This document shows positions 51,945 to 64,000 of a DNA stretch of 64,000 nucleotides, piece after piece. The stretch spans positions 1 to 64,000 of the forward strand of contig NIVC01001438.1 of NCBI GenBank assembly GCA_002269645.1, given 5' to 3'. The position numbers and the translations under genes were made by a program. This stretch comes from Macrostomum lignano (Eukaryota). Within the stretch, counting starts at the first letter, position 1, and each line of letters begins with the position of its first letter. The notes beneath the pieces are model-generated. The model was given only the letters and a program-made list of their open reading frames with translations. It was not told the origin of the DNA and made no database searches.

Positions 51945-52915
51945 TATATACTGAGTCAGTGAGGGTCCAGTTGCTGAGTCAGTGAGGGTCCAGTTGCTGA
52001 GTCAGTGAGAGTTCAGTTGCTGAGTCAGTGAGGGTTTTGTAGAGTCAGTGAGGGTTTTGTAGAGTCAGTGAGAGTTCAGTTGCTGAGTCAGTGAGAATTC
52101 AGTTGCTGAGTCAGTGAGAGTTCAGTTGCTGAGTCAGTGAGAATTCAGTTGCTGAGTCAGTGAGGGTTTTGTAGAGTCAGTGAGAGTTCAGTTGCTGAGT
52201 CAGTGAGAATTCAGTTGCTGAGTCAGTGAGAGTTCAGTTGCTGAGTCAGTGAGAGTTCAGTTGCTGAGTCAGTGAGAGTCCAGTTGCTGAGTCAGTGAGA
52301 ATTTAGTTGTTGAGTCAGTGAGAGTTCAGTTGCTGAATGCTGAGTCAGTGAGTTTTTTGTAGAGTCAGTGAGAGTTTAGTTGCTGAGTCAGTGAGGGTTT
52401 TGTAGAGTCAGTGAGAGTTCAGTTGCTGAGTCAGTGAGAATTCAGTTGCTGAGTCAGTGAGAGTTCAGTTGCTGAGTCAGTGAGAGTTCAGTTGCTGAGT
52501 CAGTGAGGGTTTTGTAGAGTCAGTGAGAGTTCAGTTGCTGAGTCAGTGAGGGTTTTGTAGAGTCAGTGAGAGTTTAGTTGCTGAGTCAGTGAGGGTTTTG
52601 TAGAGTCAGTGAGAGTTCAGTTTCTGAGTCAGTGAGAATTCAGTTGCTGAGTCAGTGAGAGTTCAGTTGCTGAGTCAGTGAGAGTTCAGTTGCTGAGTCA
52701 GTGAGGGTCCAGTTGCTGAGTCAGTGAGAATTTAGTTGTTGAGTCAGTGAGAGTTCAGTTGCTGAGTCAGTGAGGGTTTAGTTGTTGAGTCAGTGAGAGT
52801 TCAGTTGCTGAGTCAGTGAGGGTTTAGTTGCTGAGTCAGTAAGGGTCCAGTTGCTGAGTCAGTAAGAGTTCAGTTGCTGAGTCAGAGGGTTTTGTAGAGT
52901 CAGTGACACTTCAGT
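51945..52915. repeat. 23-bp minisatellite TTGCTGAGTCAGTGAGAGTTCAG interleaved with a 20-bp variant GAGTCAGTGAGGGTTTTGTA
   Basis: Read directly. Confidence 0.92.
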
Positions 52916-53482
52916 TTCAGAGTCAGGTATGTATTGGATCGCACATTTCAGACCATATCGTACGGATATGCTATTAGCATATGCAAGTGTACTGAAATTG
53001 TAAGCACGTATCTATCAGCTACGATACTTTGCAGTACATGTATTTTTATCGAGTCTGTGTAACGAGGAAACCGATATGAATTAGGAAAACTCATTAAAGA
53101 CATTGATGAATAGTAGTCTATCACAATAAGGTAAATAATTAAAGCAGAATTAATCTGTTAACAGAAAATGAAAGCATTTTATTTTACAATTTAAATGTAC
53201 AAGACAGACATGTCCGCAGTGTTACAAGTCAATACAAGGACAGTAGGGAAGCAGTTAAGACAACAAGCATTGAAACATTCACAGAAAATTGATACGAGAA
53301 AACTGTCTATAAAGCTATTATAATAAATTCAGATAATAAATTATGATAAAATTTAACATTAAAACAGACAATATAAAGCTAATTTTACTTGAATATTTCT
53401 CTGCACTTTAATATTGAGATTGGAGAGATATTAACAAAATACTATGCATAGAGGAAATAATAAAATAACTTTTTTGAGTACA

Positions 53483-54074
53483 GACAAGCCTTCTCATCAT
53501 CATCACCTCCATCATCATCATCATCACCGTCATCATAATCATCATCATGAGTACAGACTAGCACTCTTATCATCATCATCATGACCATTATCATCATCAC
53601 CATCACCGTCATCATCATCATCGTCATCATAATCATCATAATCATAATTACCATCATCACCAGATTCGAATACAGACCAGCATTCTTATCAACATCATAA
53701 TCACCACCATCATCACCATCACCCCCATCGTCATCACCATCATCATCATCATCACCATCATCATCAGCATCACCACCATCATCATCAGCATCATCAGCAT
53801 CACCACCATCATCATCAGCATCACCATTATCATCATCATCATCACCATCACCACCATCATCACCATCATCATCAGCATCACCACCATCATCATCAGCATC
53901 ATCATCACCATCATCAGCATCATCATCATCACTATCACCATCATCACCACCATCATCATCAGCATCATCATCACCATCAACATCACCATAATCATCATCA
54001 GCATCATCCTCACCATCACCATAATCATCATCATCATCATCATCAGTATCATCCTCACCATCACCATCACCATC

Positions 54075-54105
<31 letters not shown>

Positions 54106-54115
54106 GCATCATCAG
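53483..54115. repeat. Degenerate (CAT/CAC)n trinucleotide array with recurrent spacer motifs
   Basis: Read directly. Lies 3' of the JKAMP stop codon. Confidence 0.9.
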
Positions 54116-54179
54116 AGTCGAGCAGACCGGCATTCTCATCACATTAAACGAACAGGTAAACAAAGTACAAACAGCCAGT

Positions 54180-54705
54180 TCAGCCGCCCCTCAGTTCGGC
54201 ATTCTCCTCGTAATCCCCTGCCATATAGGCGGCATCCGGGTGGCTGAACCGCAGAGTGGCCACGAACAGCAGGTAGGGCAGCGGCACAGCGGCCACCACC
54301 CAGCGCGCACCGCTAGCCTCGTCTGCCGGCTTAGCCGCTACAATGGAGAACACGGCCACGCCTAGGAAAAGCCAGTGCACCAGCAGCAGCAGCACTGTTA
54401 GCGGTTTCAATAGAGTATTGCAGAGCATCCATTTAGCCGAGGTCTGCGCCGCAGGCTGTTCGGGATCAATTTGGCACAGCAGGAACACGGCGTGGGATAG
54501 CAGAGTGCACAGCAACAGCAGATAGGGGAAGGCGAAGTACAGCAGGCCACCAGAGATTGAGTGCAGCAGGGCCAGCAGAGGGTAAAGGAACATTGGCGCG
54601 TACAGGACGTATCTGCGACTGCCACCCAGTAGGCGGTAGGCCACGGGCCGCATCAGCAGCAGGAACAGGACACAGAAGGCATAGTATGTGAGCACTATGG
54701 AGTAG
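54180..54705 (-). CDS. JKAMP: JNK1/MAPK8-associated membrane protein (JKAMP/JAMP), last coding exon. 5' boundary uncertain (54705 or 54773); upstream exons not found in the window.
   Basis: YSIVLTYYAFCVLFLLLMRP...YAPMFLYPLLALLHSISGGLLYFAFPYLLL...LLLVHWLFLGVAVFSI...VPLPYLLFVATLRFSHP matches recalled JKAMP motifs (YTIVFIYYAFCLVLMMLLRP; GGGLLYYAFPYII; LFSHWLLH; VPTPALFYLFTAKFTEP). Confidence 0.88.
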
Positions 54706-57700
54706 CAGAAATTTAGCGGCATGTATTCATAAAATTTCACAGGCAAATCAGAGTGACGGACAGACACGAAAAACTGATTTGTTATAGTGTATTAAGCGTA
54801 GGGAGAAGAGCAGATCAGGGGTAAAGAAAGAGCAGATCGAGGGTAGAGAAATAGCAGATCGGGGGTAGAGTGTCTAAAAGTGGCTAAAAATAAACTAATT
54901 TCTGCTACATATACATGCATTTTTTTGCAGTAAATCAAAAGTAAAAAAATGAGTTTCAGTCATACTAAACAACTTAGTTTTTCTAAAATTTGATTTCAGA
55001 AAATTTCAATTTTGATTTTGGAAAGTTATCCAATTTTGATTTTGACAGAAATTGCTCCTTTGGAACATCTCTAATAATGCTAAACTGCGGTAAAATAATT
55101 TGACTCTATTCTAAAGCATGTGTCCATGGGTTTTCAACATTTATTCCAATAGGGATGGCAAATATAGTGAAATGAGTACCTATAGCAGCTATAAATACAC
55201 CTGCAGAAAACAATTGCTCTCATATCATGGCTATGACTATAGAAATATGGTAGTTCAAAACTTGTTCTATAGATTTCCATTGCCACTATTTTGAGTCTTG
55301 AATTAATACAAAAGCATAAAACAAGAAATATTAAAAAACTAATAGCAGAGATCAATGCAAAGATAAAAACACTTTTAATACTAATAAGATATTTACCCAA
55401 TATAGAAGCTAAAATGCCTATAACTACTGTGGCTACAATTTAAAAATATAATTTATAAAAAGCTATAACTATGCCTGTGTTAAAAGGACCACCCATTATA
55501 GAAGAATATATAGTTTAAAGACATGTTATAGTTAGTTTTTGAACTTTTTGTTTTGTTTTTATCTTTATTTTAAGCCTTTCTTAGATTTTTACTCTTTAAA
55601 AACATTTATTCTTATAATAAAGATATAATTTTTGTAGGTGCTAAGTTATAAGAACTATTTATTCTAATATGCTCTTAATAGTAGTTAGTTGCAACTTGTA
55701 GATTTAGTCTGTTAGTTTTGTAACTTTTTTTATTATTTATTTTTATATTTAATTTTATAGTCATTATCAATGACTAATAAATGACTAATCCAAGGCAGCT
55801 TCCAACATTTTCATATGCAGAAGGACATGGATCTACTGCTATAAGCTAGAGCAAGCATTAGTAATATATGTGGACAATTCACTGATAAGGCACCTCTTAA
55901 CCAAGGTTGTCTAAGTGCAAGTATCTTCTAGTTTCTATAACAAAAGGTCAAACATTTCAAAGAAAAAGGTAGCAGTTAAAAGGTGATAAAAGTGCAAATA
56001 AAAAATAAAAACATTAATTGAATATGATTAGTATTCTTTTAAAGAATTTTGATACTAGAACTATAGTCCAGATCATGCTGGGTGCACACATTAACAAAAA
56101 TCTAATAATTACAAATGCATATAAAAAAATTGAGTGCTTGCCCATTCTCAAAATTATGCTGGGGTTGCAACAATAAATGACCTTTTTTACATTATTTTTC
56201 TGCTTTTTTGGCAATATCATTATAGTGGAAAGTCAATGCATGCAAAGATTTGCTTTATTATAAGCTTTAAAAAACTGGAAAGATTGAAGTATTTAGTTAA
56301 AAATGAACTTTTTCATCTCTTTCGTAATTTGCAATAAATTTTCCGTGTGATTCTATAAAGTGCACACCAGGTATGCATGCACACTATTTTCCTAAGAGTG
56401 ATGAATACCAACTGTGCACATCTACTTTTGGCATGCAAGGCCAATGCACACCTAAATTTTTAAGTATATCTAAATGATCCAGAGTGTGGTACCTATAGTT
56501 TGGAAGGCAACATATATGCCAGGATTTTCCAGCAAACAAAAGTGTCTTTTCATTTTTAGTGTTCATTAGGATATAGATATATTCCAGCATATATGACATA
56601 GCAGATACACTGTATCAGATAACAAAATTTTTATATTGGTACACAAACTTGGTATACAAATGAGGTCTCATAATTTTTTCCAGCATTAAACCTGGCATAT
56701 ACTAATATATGATCCAAACTATGGTGTGGTACCAGAACTTTGTATAAATGTAAGTTGCTACAAATGATATAACATTTTGTTATAATATACATAATATATA
56801 TAAATATCAAATGCAACAATAGAAAAAGGTCCTTTATTATTGTAGCACTAAAGTAAAGTTGGCATAATTTTGAACTTTTAACATATATGACAGTCCAATT
56901 TCTAATTTTTGGAGTAGGCCTACACCTACTTGGCATAAAAAATTGGTATATACTAGACACCTTCCTGATAATGGCTATTTAAATATTGTAAGTAATGCCT
57001 TTTTTCCAATAAAAATTTGATTTTTATTAATAGGCCTATTTTAATGGCAGTTGTTATTGTTACAGTGACCATATAAATAACAAAATGGTTATTTTTATGG
57101 TTAACACATAAGACAGTATGTGGGCCTATGGTGGTCTTTACTTAATATAACCATATAAATAGCAAAACTGTTATTTTTATATTCACCATAGGTAGGAAGC
57201 AAAATGGCTATTTTTACAGTCATGTGGAAGAAATTTCTGTTAAATTACAAAGGTAATAGTTAACAATTACCTAAAGTAAGCTACTATGACAAGAACCACT
57301 AAGAGTTACCATGGTATTTATTAATAAAATGTTTCTTTATTTTTTAAATTTAACCATCATAGTATTTGCACAGAAAGTTTATCACTTCATTTAGATGGTA
57401 TTTATTTTAAGTATTAACCGTAAAAATAACCGTCTTGCTATTTATATGGTTACCATATCAATAACAACCGTCTATCTTAATTTGCTTATAATATTATTAT
57501 CTTCATTGTTATCTTAATGTTTAAAAAATGTTTTTTCTTACCAATTTAATAAAGTATAGGCCTATTTTTGCACTTTTTAAATAGTAGTATAGAGTATAGA
57601 CCATATAAGTATACAATAATAACATTGTATTAATAGACATATTTTTAGTCTATTTCAATAAAAAATATAGTAATTTTGAACTTGTACATCTAATATCACA

Positions 57701-59390
57701 GTATTTAGCCTAGGAAAGAGCCTATATGGCTATACCTAGAACCTAGCATAGGCCAATTTATGATTTGGTCAAAGTCAAAGTCAAAGGTAATTTTGATTTC
57801 AGTTAATATATTTCCATTTGCTTGTTATGAATTAGCAGCTTTGACTTGAGACTATGATTATTTGTATAATTCTCCTAGAATTCTCTACAAGTCTAAATAA
57901 CTTATTTTCACTGTCTTTATCATGTCATGATGTTTAAACTAAAAGATTTAGCAACTGGCAAATAATCTAAATTTGAGGCTCTTCATATTGTTTGTTCTGG
58001 TTCTAGAACCAGAACCAATTTGTAAAGTATAACTTTTTGTCTCCTAAATTAGAGGGATATTAGTGCTTTAAAATTGTGATTATTGGATGGCAATAGCCAA
58101 GAAGAAAGTGAAAAATTGTGCAGAGTGAGGCTGTTAAGGCAGTCAAACATTCAACAAAGTTATACTGCTTTTTTTCTTGGAAATCCGAACCGATCCTGGT
58201 TCTGGAATCGAACTTGCCGTGAAGAGCCTCTTTCAGTTGAATTTCCGCATATGCAATAAAGATCGGATTATTTAAAAATTTAAATACGAAAAGTTACTTT
58301 TTAGAAAAAATCTAATTAACGTTAATATTTCCATTAATGAGACAATTAGGAATTATTTTTTATTTTATAAAAAATGTTAAATTAGTAATTTAAAAAGCAT
58401 TGTTCTGAAAATAAGTGAATCCTTTTGTTTTTTATTTACTTACCTTACTGAAGTCGGTGAATGTTTAACGCAATTTGTAGTACATTCAGTAAGTAGCCTT
58501 TATTTTGTAACAGAGAGTAGATACTAGAGTAAATATTTATTTAGTAGTTATTATAGTTCTGTGTTTTGCAACAACCACTAAGGTACTTAAACATAAAGCA
58601 TAAAACTCCACTTCAAACGATTTTTAGGTTTATTCGCAAAACTTAGATAATTTTCTGGACAGTAGTATAACAAGCGTTTTATTGCAAATTTCTTTAATTA
58701 CTTTAAGTTTTCCACTCGTACCAGCTATTTATTAGGATCACACGAGGCTAATTAAACAAAGTACAGGAAGAGTTGAGAGAGAAAGATGCAGCGCATTTCG
58801 AACTCGCGGTTTTCTTTTACAGTTATGAGCAGGTCTTTGCTATCTAACTAGCAGGCTGCGTATGCGTGATCAAGCAAATGTGGGACCACTCTTGTTCGAA
58901 AAAAAGAATTCTAGTTAGTCGAATCTCTAATATAGGCGTATAAGTCTGGCTTGATAACAATTTAGAGTTTCGAGTGTTTTACTGTCAGAGGCAACAGCTC
59001 ACAGTCTCGCACTCTTAATTGTTTAAACTAGACGGAAAATTCCTGTATATATTGTCTCTAAAAATGATGATTCATCTTCTTTTTAGTTTCGGTTTAGATT
59101 TGCGAATGTATATCTGTCCTACTATGTACCATATACTTAATGCATGGTTGGCTTATACGAGCTACATGTCGCGTATGAAACATGTACATGTAGCTATTTA
59201 TAGTTTGCTGTCCTGATGTAAACACATGGGAACCCAAATTATTGTAGATAAATTTAAAGCTTTTCTATTTTATAATTACAATTAGCACTAGCTACTTTTT
59301 GATTAGTAAAAATGACGCACCAATTAAAATAAAGGAATTTGAAGAGGCCACCATTTATCGTTTGTTTCGAATAACTTTCTGAAAGATGAT

Positions 59391-59533
59391 ACTACTATAT
59401 GCTCTCCTAAAGCACGAGTTTGGAGGTGAGGTGGGTGTCATCGATTGGCTGACGATTCTCGGCAGCGATCGCCGCAGACAGGTTGACACCCACCTCACCT
59501 CCAAAATCGTGCTTTTGGGGAGCATATGGTAGT
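59391..59533. repeat. 143-bp hairpin / MITE-like palindrome with 50-bp arms and a 43-bp loop
   Basis: 59391-59440 versus the reverse complement of 59484-59533 shows 4 mismatches in 50. Confidence 0.85.
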
Positions 59534-60224
59534 GACGATGACAAACTTTTTCTTTCTTACCAAATTGATTAAGATACGAGCGCATGTGTGAATGAAACAC
59601 GACTTATAGATATAGAAATTATAATTATAAAAAAGTTTGAATTATTCATCAAAAACTGAAAAATAATAGCGAATAAGGATAAAAACTGTCCGAAAGCAGA
59701 AGACAAATAAAAAAAAATTGTCAAGTAATGTACGAGTAGTTTTACCATTCATATGGTAAGACTCTCGGCTCGGTAAAACTGTGGTACAGGCCGATGTTTA
59801 CCATATTATTTCAGAAAGCAATCCCCATGCTTTCAGATATAATCTGAATAAATGTTTATTTTAAACCGCTAAAAGTTTATTAGTTGATGTATTTTTATGT
59901 CTACATTTTATATCGATAGCTATAACTACATTCGATGCTTGTTCTGGAGGTTCATTTTTTGTCATATTTTTGGGGTTTTACTTATTTAATTGTACATGTA
60001 TTTGCTCTTTATTTAATGTACATGAGCCAACCCCCCTCGATTTGCTAACCCCACCCCACGTTAAATAATAATTAAAAAGGGTGTGATTTTTGGTAAGCGT
60101 GTTTTCGCTAACTTGGTTGTTTTGTTTGCCTGCGCGAGAACGCAGAGGTATTGAAGCCTACAAGCATCCGATTTTTGCCTACTTAGTTATTTTTCGGTTT
60201 CGAAGAGTTAGTCGATTTAACAAC

Positions 60225-60242
60225 TGGTAGCAGAGCGTGGTT
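60225..60242 (+). promoter_or_regulatory. Primer binding site TGGTAGCAGAGCGTGGTT, complementary to the 3' end of an initiator tRNA-Met
   Basis: Lies 2 nt after the CA LTR end. The reverse complement AACCACGCTCTGCTACCA fits the conserved ...CTCTGCTACCA end of animal tRNA-iMet. Confidence 0.8.
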
Positions 60243-60247
60243 GAAAA

Positions 60248-63200
60248 ATGCAAAAGGACGGAGAAGAATTCGAGTCGAACTACCCGCCGGCTGACGAGGA
60301 AGAACGCAAGCTGATGGACGCGAAGGCCGCCAAGACGAGGGCCAAGGCCGCATTCACCAAAGGAAGAAACCGGCTGGTACAACAACTCGCTGCTGGTGGT
60401 CAAGACGGCGCCGAAGTACAACAGCAAGCGACTCTCATGGAGAAGCTATTCGAGGCGGTGACAACTGAGCTGGAGAAGCTGTTGGAGCTCGCCGGAAACG
60501 ACCTGCCACTGCGTCGCCAAACGATCAAGGAGCTGGAGAATGCTGAAAAGGACTACGGTGAGACTGTGGGTCTGATGACCGAGTTCTGGAAAGATCGTAG
60601 CAGAAGCGAAGCAGCTGAGAGGGAGGAACAGGATCGCTTGGCGGAGTCTGAAGAACAGCAGAGGCGTGAGGAAGAGCAGCGAAAAGTGCAAGCCGCAGAG
60701 CACAGAGCGCTGGAGTTGGAAGAGGTGCAGAGAGAGCTAGAGAGAGACTATCAACAACGGCATGAGCAGTTGGCAGAGGAGCTGAGGCGACTGAAAATTG
60801 TTACTGGCAGCACTAAGGCAGAGAGCCCGTGTGAAAGGGCAAGCCCAGGTTCAGGTTTGGCTGAACAGTCGATTGGGGCTGAGGTGGGTGTAAGCGCTGC
60901 GCCAGACAGGAGTGAAAAAGCTGATTGGACTGCCCACGAAGGGGGGTCAGGCGAGCGATCGATAAACCAAAACCCTGCACCCAGGCCAGCCACCTCACAG
61001 TCAGCCAGTGTACAGTCGCAACTCAGAGAGCCAATCGTTCAGCAGGAGTGTACACAGAGGGTGAGAGAAGAAGCGGAGAGGCAGGTCAGTCAGGACATGT
61101 GGCGGCAATTGCAGCGGGTGGCGATTCCCAGTTTCTCAGGTGATAAGCGTCAATACGAAGGGTGGAAGGCGGCCTTTTACGCGTGTGTAGATGCTGCACC
61201 CTCCTCTCGAGTGTACAAGCTATTGCAACTGAGGCAGTGTCTGCAGGGCGATGCGCTAAAGCTAATAGCCAACCTAGGGCATTCTGAATTTGCGTACAAG
61301 GCGGCTCTGGATAGGTTGGAGAGAGAATATGGAGGAGAGAGGCGCCGGCTGGTGCTAGTGTTGGAGGACCTGGACCGTTTTCGGCCCATTGTGACGGAGA
61401 GTGCGCCTCAGTTGAAGAAGCTGGCTGATCTGGTGGATGTAGCGGTTATCAATCTGATGGAGGCGGGTCGTGAAGCTGAACTAGACAGCAATGGATTGCT
61501 TCATCTTCGCGTGCAAAAGAAATTGCCGACTGACACCTTGGCACGGTACCACCGATGGGTCGGGGAGAATGGCAGAAATGACACGCTCAGCGCTCTTCAT
61601 CAATGGCTGCTGCGGGAGGCTGAGTATCAGACGGTTGCTATGGAGGCAGTGCATGGAGTTGCGGCACAGAATGGGCCAGGAGCAGGGAAGATGGAGCAAA
61701 GTAAGAAATTCAGCGGGATGCAGCGCACGGAAACAGCTCGAACGCATTTTGGCGCTGTCGCGGAGTCAACGAGAGCCGATGAGCAGCGCAAGAAAAACTG
61801 CCGTGTCTGTGAAGGAAGCCATGGCGCCTGGGAGTGCCCGAAGTTTGTGGAGATGGATGTAGTGAAGCGATGGGCCGTTGCTCGTGAGAAGAAGCTGTGC
61901 TTTCATTGTCTCGGCGTCAATCACTCTGGTTTAGCTTGTCGGCGGTCTAGAACCTGTGGCGTAGATGGTTGCCAAGGAAAACACCATCGAATGCTTCACC
62001 AGAAGCGGGAGCCGAAACCAGCAGCTGCAGTGACGAGAGGCGGCGAAGGAGAGGCACGAAAACCCGCGGAGGACATATCAGCGGCGACGAAGAAGGAGCG
62101 CACTATGCTGGCTGAAGTCGTAAAGGAAACTGCGTTGAGGACGGTGCCGGTGATATTGGTGGCTGGTGAGCGCCAAGTTCGGATCAACGCGTTGCTTGAT
62201 GATGCGAGTACGCGCACGTACCTCAATGCGGACGTAGCAGCAGAGCTGGGACTGGAAGGTAAACTTCAGCGCATAAACGTTAAGGTGCTCAACGGAGGAG
62301 TCGAGTCGTTTGAAACAGCGCCTGTAGAGGTGACAGTCCGGAGTGTCGATGCAGCGTTTGAGACAAAAATTGTTGCTTTCACAGCGGAGAAAGTAACCGG
62401 CGGAATGAAGGCAGTTGATTGGAGTCAACTGGCGGAGCACTGGGCGCATCTGAGAGGCATTCCGTTTGAGTCAACATCAAGCCGGAAGACGGTTGACATG
62501 CTTATCGGTGTCGACAATGCCGAGATGCATCTGGCTTGCAAAGAAGTCTGTGGAATGCCAGGGGAACCAATAGCTCGACTGACTCCTATTGGATGGACCT
62601 GCATCGGGCAGTTAGGTTCGGATGAGGGAAGCAGCAAGAGCGGGGAATCGTTCCTCTGCCACGAGTGTCAAGATCAGGTCGACAGTCAGGTTCGAAGGTT
62701 GTGGGCGATCGAGGAAGTTCCTGATGTAGCTGAGCTGAACCGCGAAAGAGGGACGTTAACTGCGGATGAGCAGCATGCTGTGGCGGTAGTCAAGGAGTCG
62801 ATGTCGGTGGTGGAAGGAAGATATCAGGTAGCCATTCCATGGAAGTCTCAAAATCGTGCTCTGCCGAGCAATCGTGAAGCTGCGGAACGCAGACTGATCA
62901 GCACGGAGAAGCGACTGCAGAGGAGTGAAGGATTGCCAAAAGCGTATCAGGGGTGTTGGAAGGCCAGTTGGAAAAAGGTTATCTCAAGAAGGTCGAAGAC
63001 AGCAGTGAGCTTCAAAACACCGAATGGTACCTGCCGCATTTTCCGGTAATCAGAGAAGACAAGGACACCACCAAAGTCCGTATCGTGTTTGACGCTTCCG
63101 CGCGCTGCCAAGGAGTGAGTCTCAATGACGTCATCCTTCCAGGACCGAAGCTTCAGAACGACCTATTTCAAGTGCTCCTTCGATTCCGTCGCGGTCCAGT

Positions 63201-64000
63201 GGCAATCGTTTGCGACATTGAAGAGATGTACCTTAGAATTCGCCTCAAGCCAGAAGATCGGCGCTACTTTCGATTTTTGTGGCGAGACAGGAACGAAACG
63301 GGCAAACCTGAGGTATTCGAGTTTCAGAGTGTCGTTTTTGGAGTTAATTGTTCGCCGTTTCTTGCTCAGTTCGTGTCGCAGGAGCATGCTAGGAGTCATC
63401 AGGAAACTTTTCCAAGAGCGTCAGAAACCATTCTGAAGTCGACCTACATGGACGACAGTTTGGACTCGGTGAACAGCGTCCATGAAGCTATCCAGTTGCG
63501 CCGCGAACTGACAGCTCTGTGGGAAAAAGCCGGCATGCGTGCGAGAAAATGGATGTCGAACGCGTCTGAGGTGTTGGAGACAGTAGCTCCGGAGGATCGA
63601 GCGGTGAAAGCGCAGCACGTGCTTCGTGGAGAAATGGCGACGTCGAAGGCGTTGGGAGTGACTTGGACAGCCAATGATGATATGCTCGCGATCACGGGAA
63701 ATGCAGGTGCGAAGGAAGTGTCCGTTGAGTCGAAACGACAGCTGCTCAAGCGCGTTGCGATGGTGTTCGACCCATGCGGGTTTCTGAGTCCATTTACAAT
63801 TCGCGGGCGAATTCTTCTGCAGGAGATTTGGCAGAATGGAGCGGATTGGGATGAGCCCTTGGACCAGCAAGTTGCCGCGAAGGCTACGCAATGGGCAGCG
63901 GAGATTGAAGAGTTGAGCATGCTGAAAATTCCACGATGTCTATGGCCTGATCCTACCAAAAAGGCAGTGCTACACGTCTTTGTGGATGCATCTCAGGTGG
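60248..64000 (+). CDS. BEL/Pao Gag-Pol polyprotein with a 1-nt frameshift at ~62950-62953; partial
   Basis: Gag core (IPSFSGDKRQYEGWKAAF...LRQCLQGDALKLI), three Cys-His boxes (CRVCEGSHGAWEC, CFHCLGVNHSGLAC, CGVDGCQGKHHRMLH) and protease NALLDDASTRTY. After the shift, the frame from 62953 is open to the window end: WYLPHFPVIREDKDTTKVRIVFDAS, DIEEMY, FGVNCSPF, YMDD (63445-63456), KWMSN, FDPCGFLSP, LHVFVDAS. Confidence 0.93.

Larger units (their letters stand above)
59940..64000 (+). mobile_element. BEL/Pao LTR retrotransposon, 5' portion. 5' LTR ends ...AACA at 60222 (start ~59940, tentative); truncated by the window end.
   Basis: PBS, then gag, protease, RT and the start of RNase H in BEL order. 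The TGTT start at 59940 is only a candidate because the 3' LTR is outside the window. Confidence 0.9.

Noticed and set aside
58788-58859. 72-nt tRNA-Met-like sequence on the - strand (CTCATAA loop, GTTCGAA)
   Set aside because: The anticodon and T stems do not pair and there is an A-rich insertion. At most it is a decayed tRNA-derived fragment.

Overview
Eukaryotic (animal) genomic DNA that is extremely rich in repeats. GC-rich spliced exons are separated by introns largely filled with mini- and microsatellites. This architecture resembles a repeat-rich flatworm genome such as Macrostomum, but the species is only inferred. Genes supported by the sequence: (1) four exons of an anoctamin/TMEM16 (ANO7-like) gene on the - strand (1065-4111), continuing off the left edge; (2) a complete 3-exon, divergent rhodopsin-class peptide-receptor-like GPCR on the + strand (17458-27105); (3) tRNA-Gln(CTG) (33021-33092, -); (4) a KIAA1614-like PDZ protein (35997-37677, -); (5) the last exon of JKAMP (54180-~54705, -). 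Mobile elements: two copies of a tRNA-derived SINE, one interrupted by a 5'-truncated RTE-type LINE with a 6-bp TSD; four hAT-type non-autonomous elements with 7-8-bp TSDs clustered upstream of the tRNA; and the 5' half of a young BEL/Pao LTR retrotransposon (~59940-64000). Most long ORFs in the supplied track are artefacts of the repeats. Three conserved sequences each need a single base restored, which suggests consensus errors. I found no convincing wholly new biological system. The best leads are the SINE-to-minisatellite derivation, introns built almost entirely from minisatellites, the transposon hotspot upstream of the tRNA, and the non-canonical GPCR. Repeat boundaries are approximate and were read by hand.
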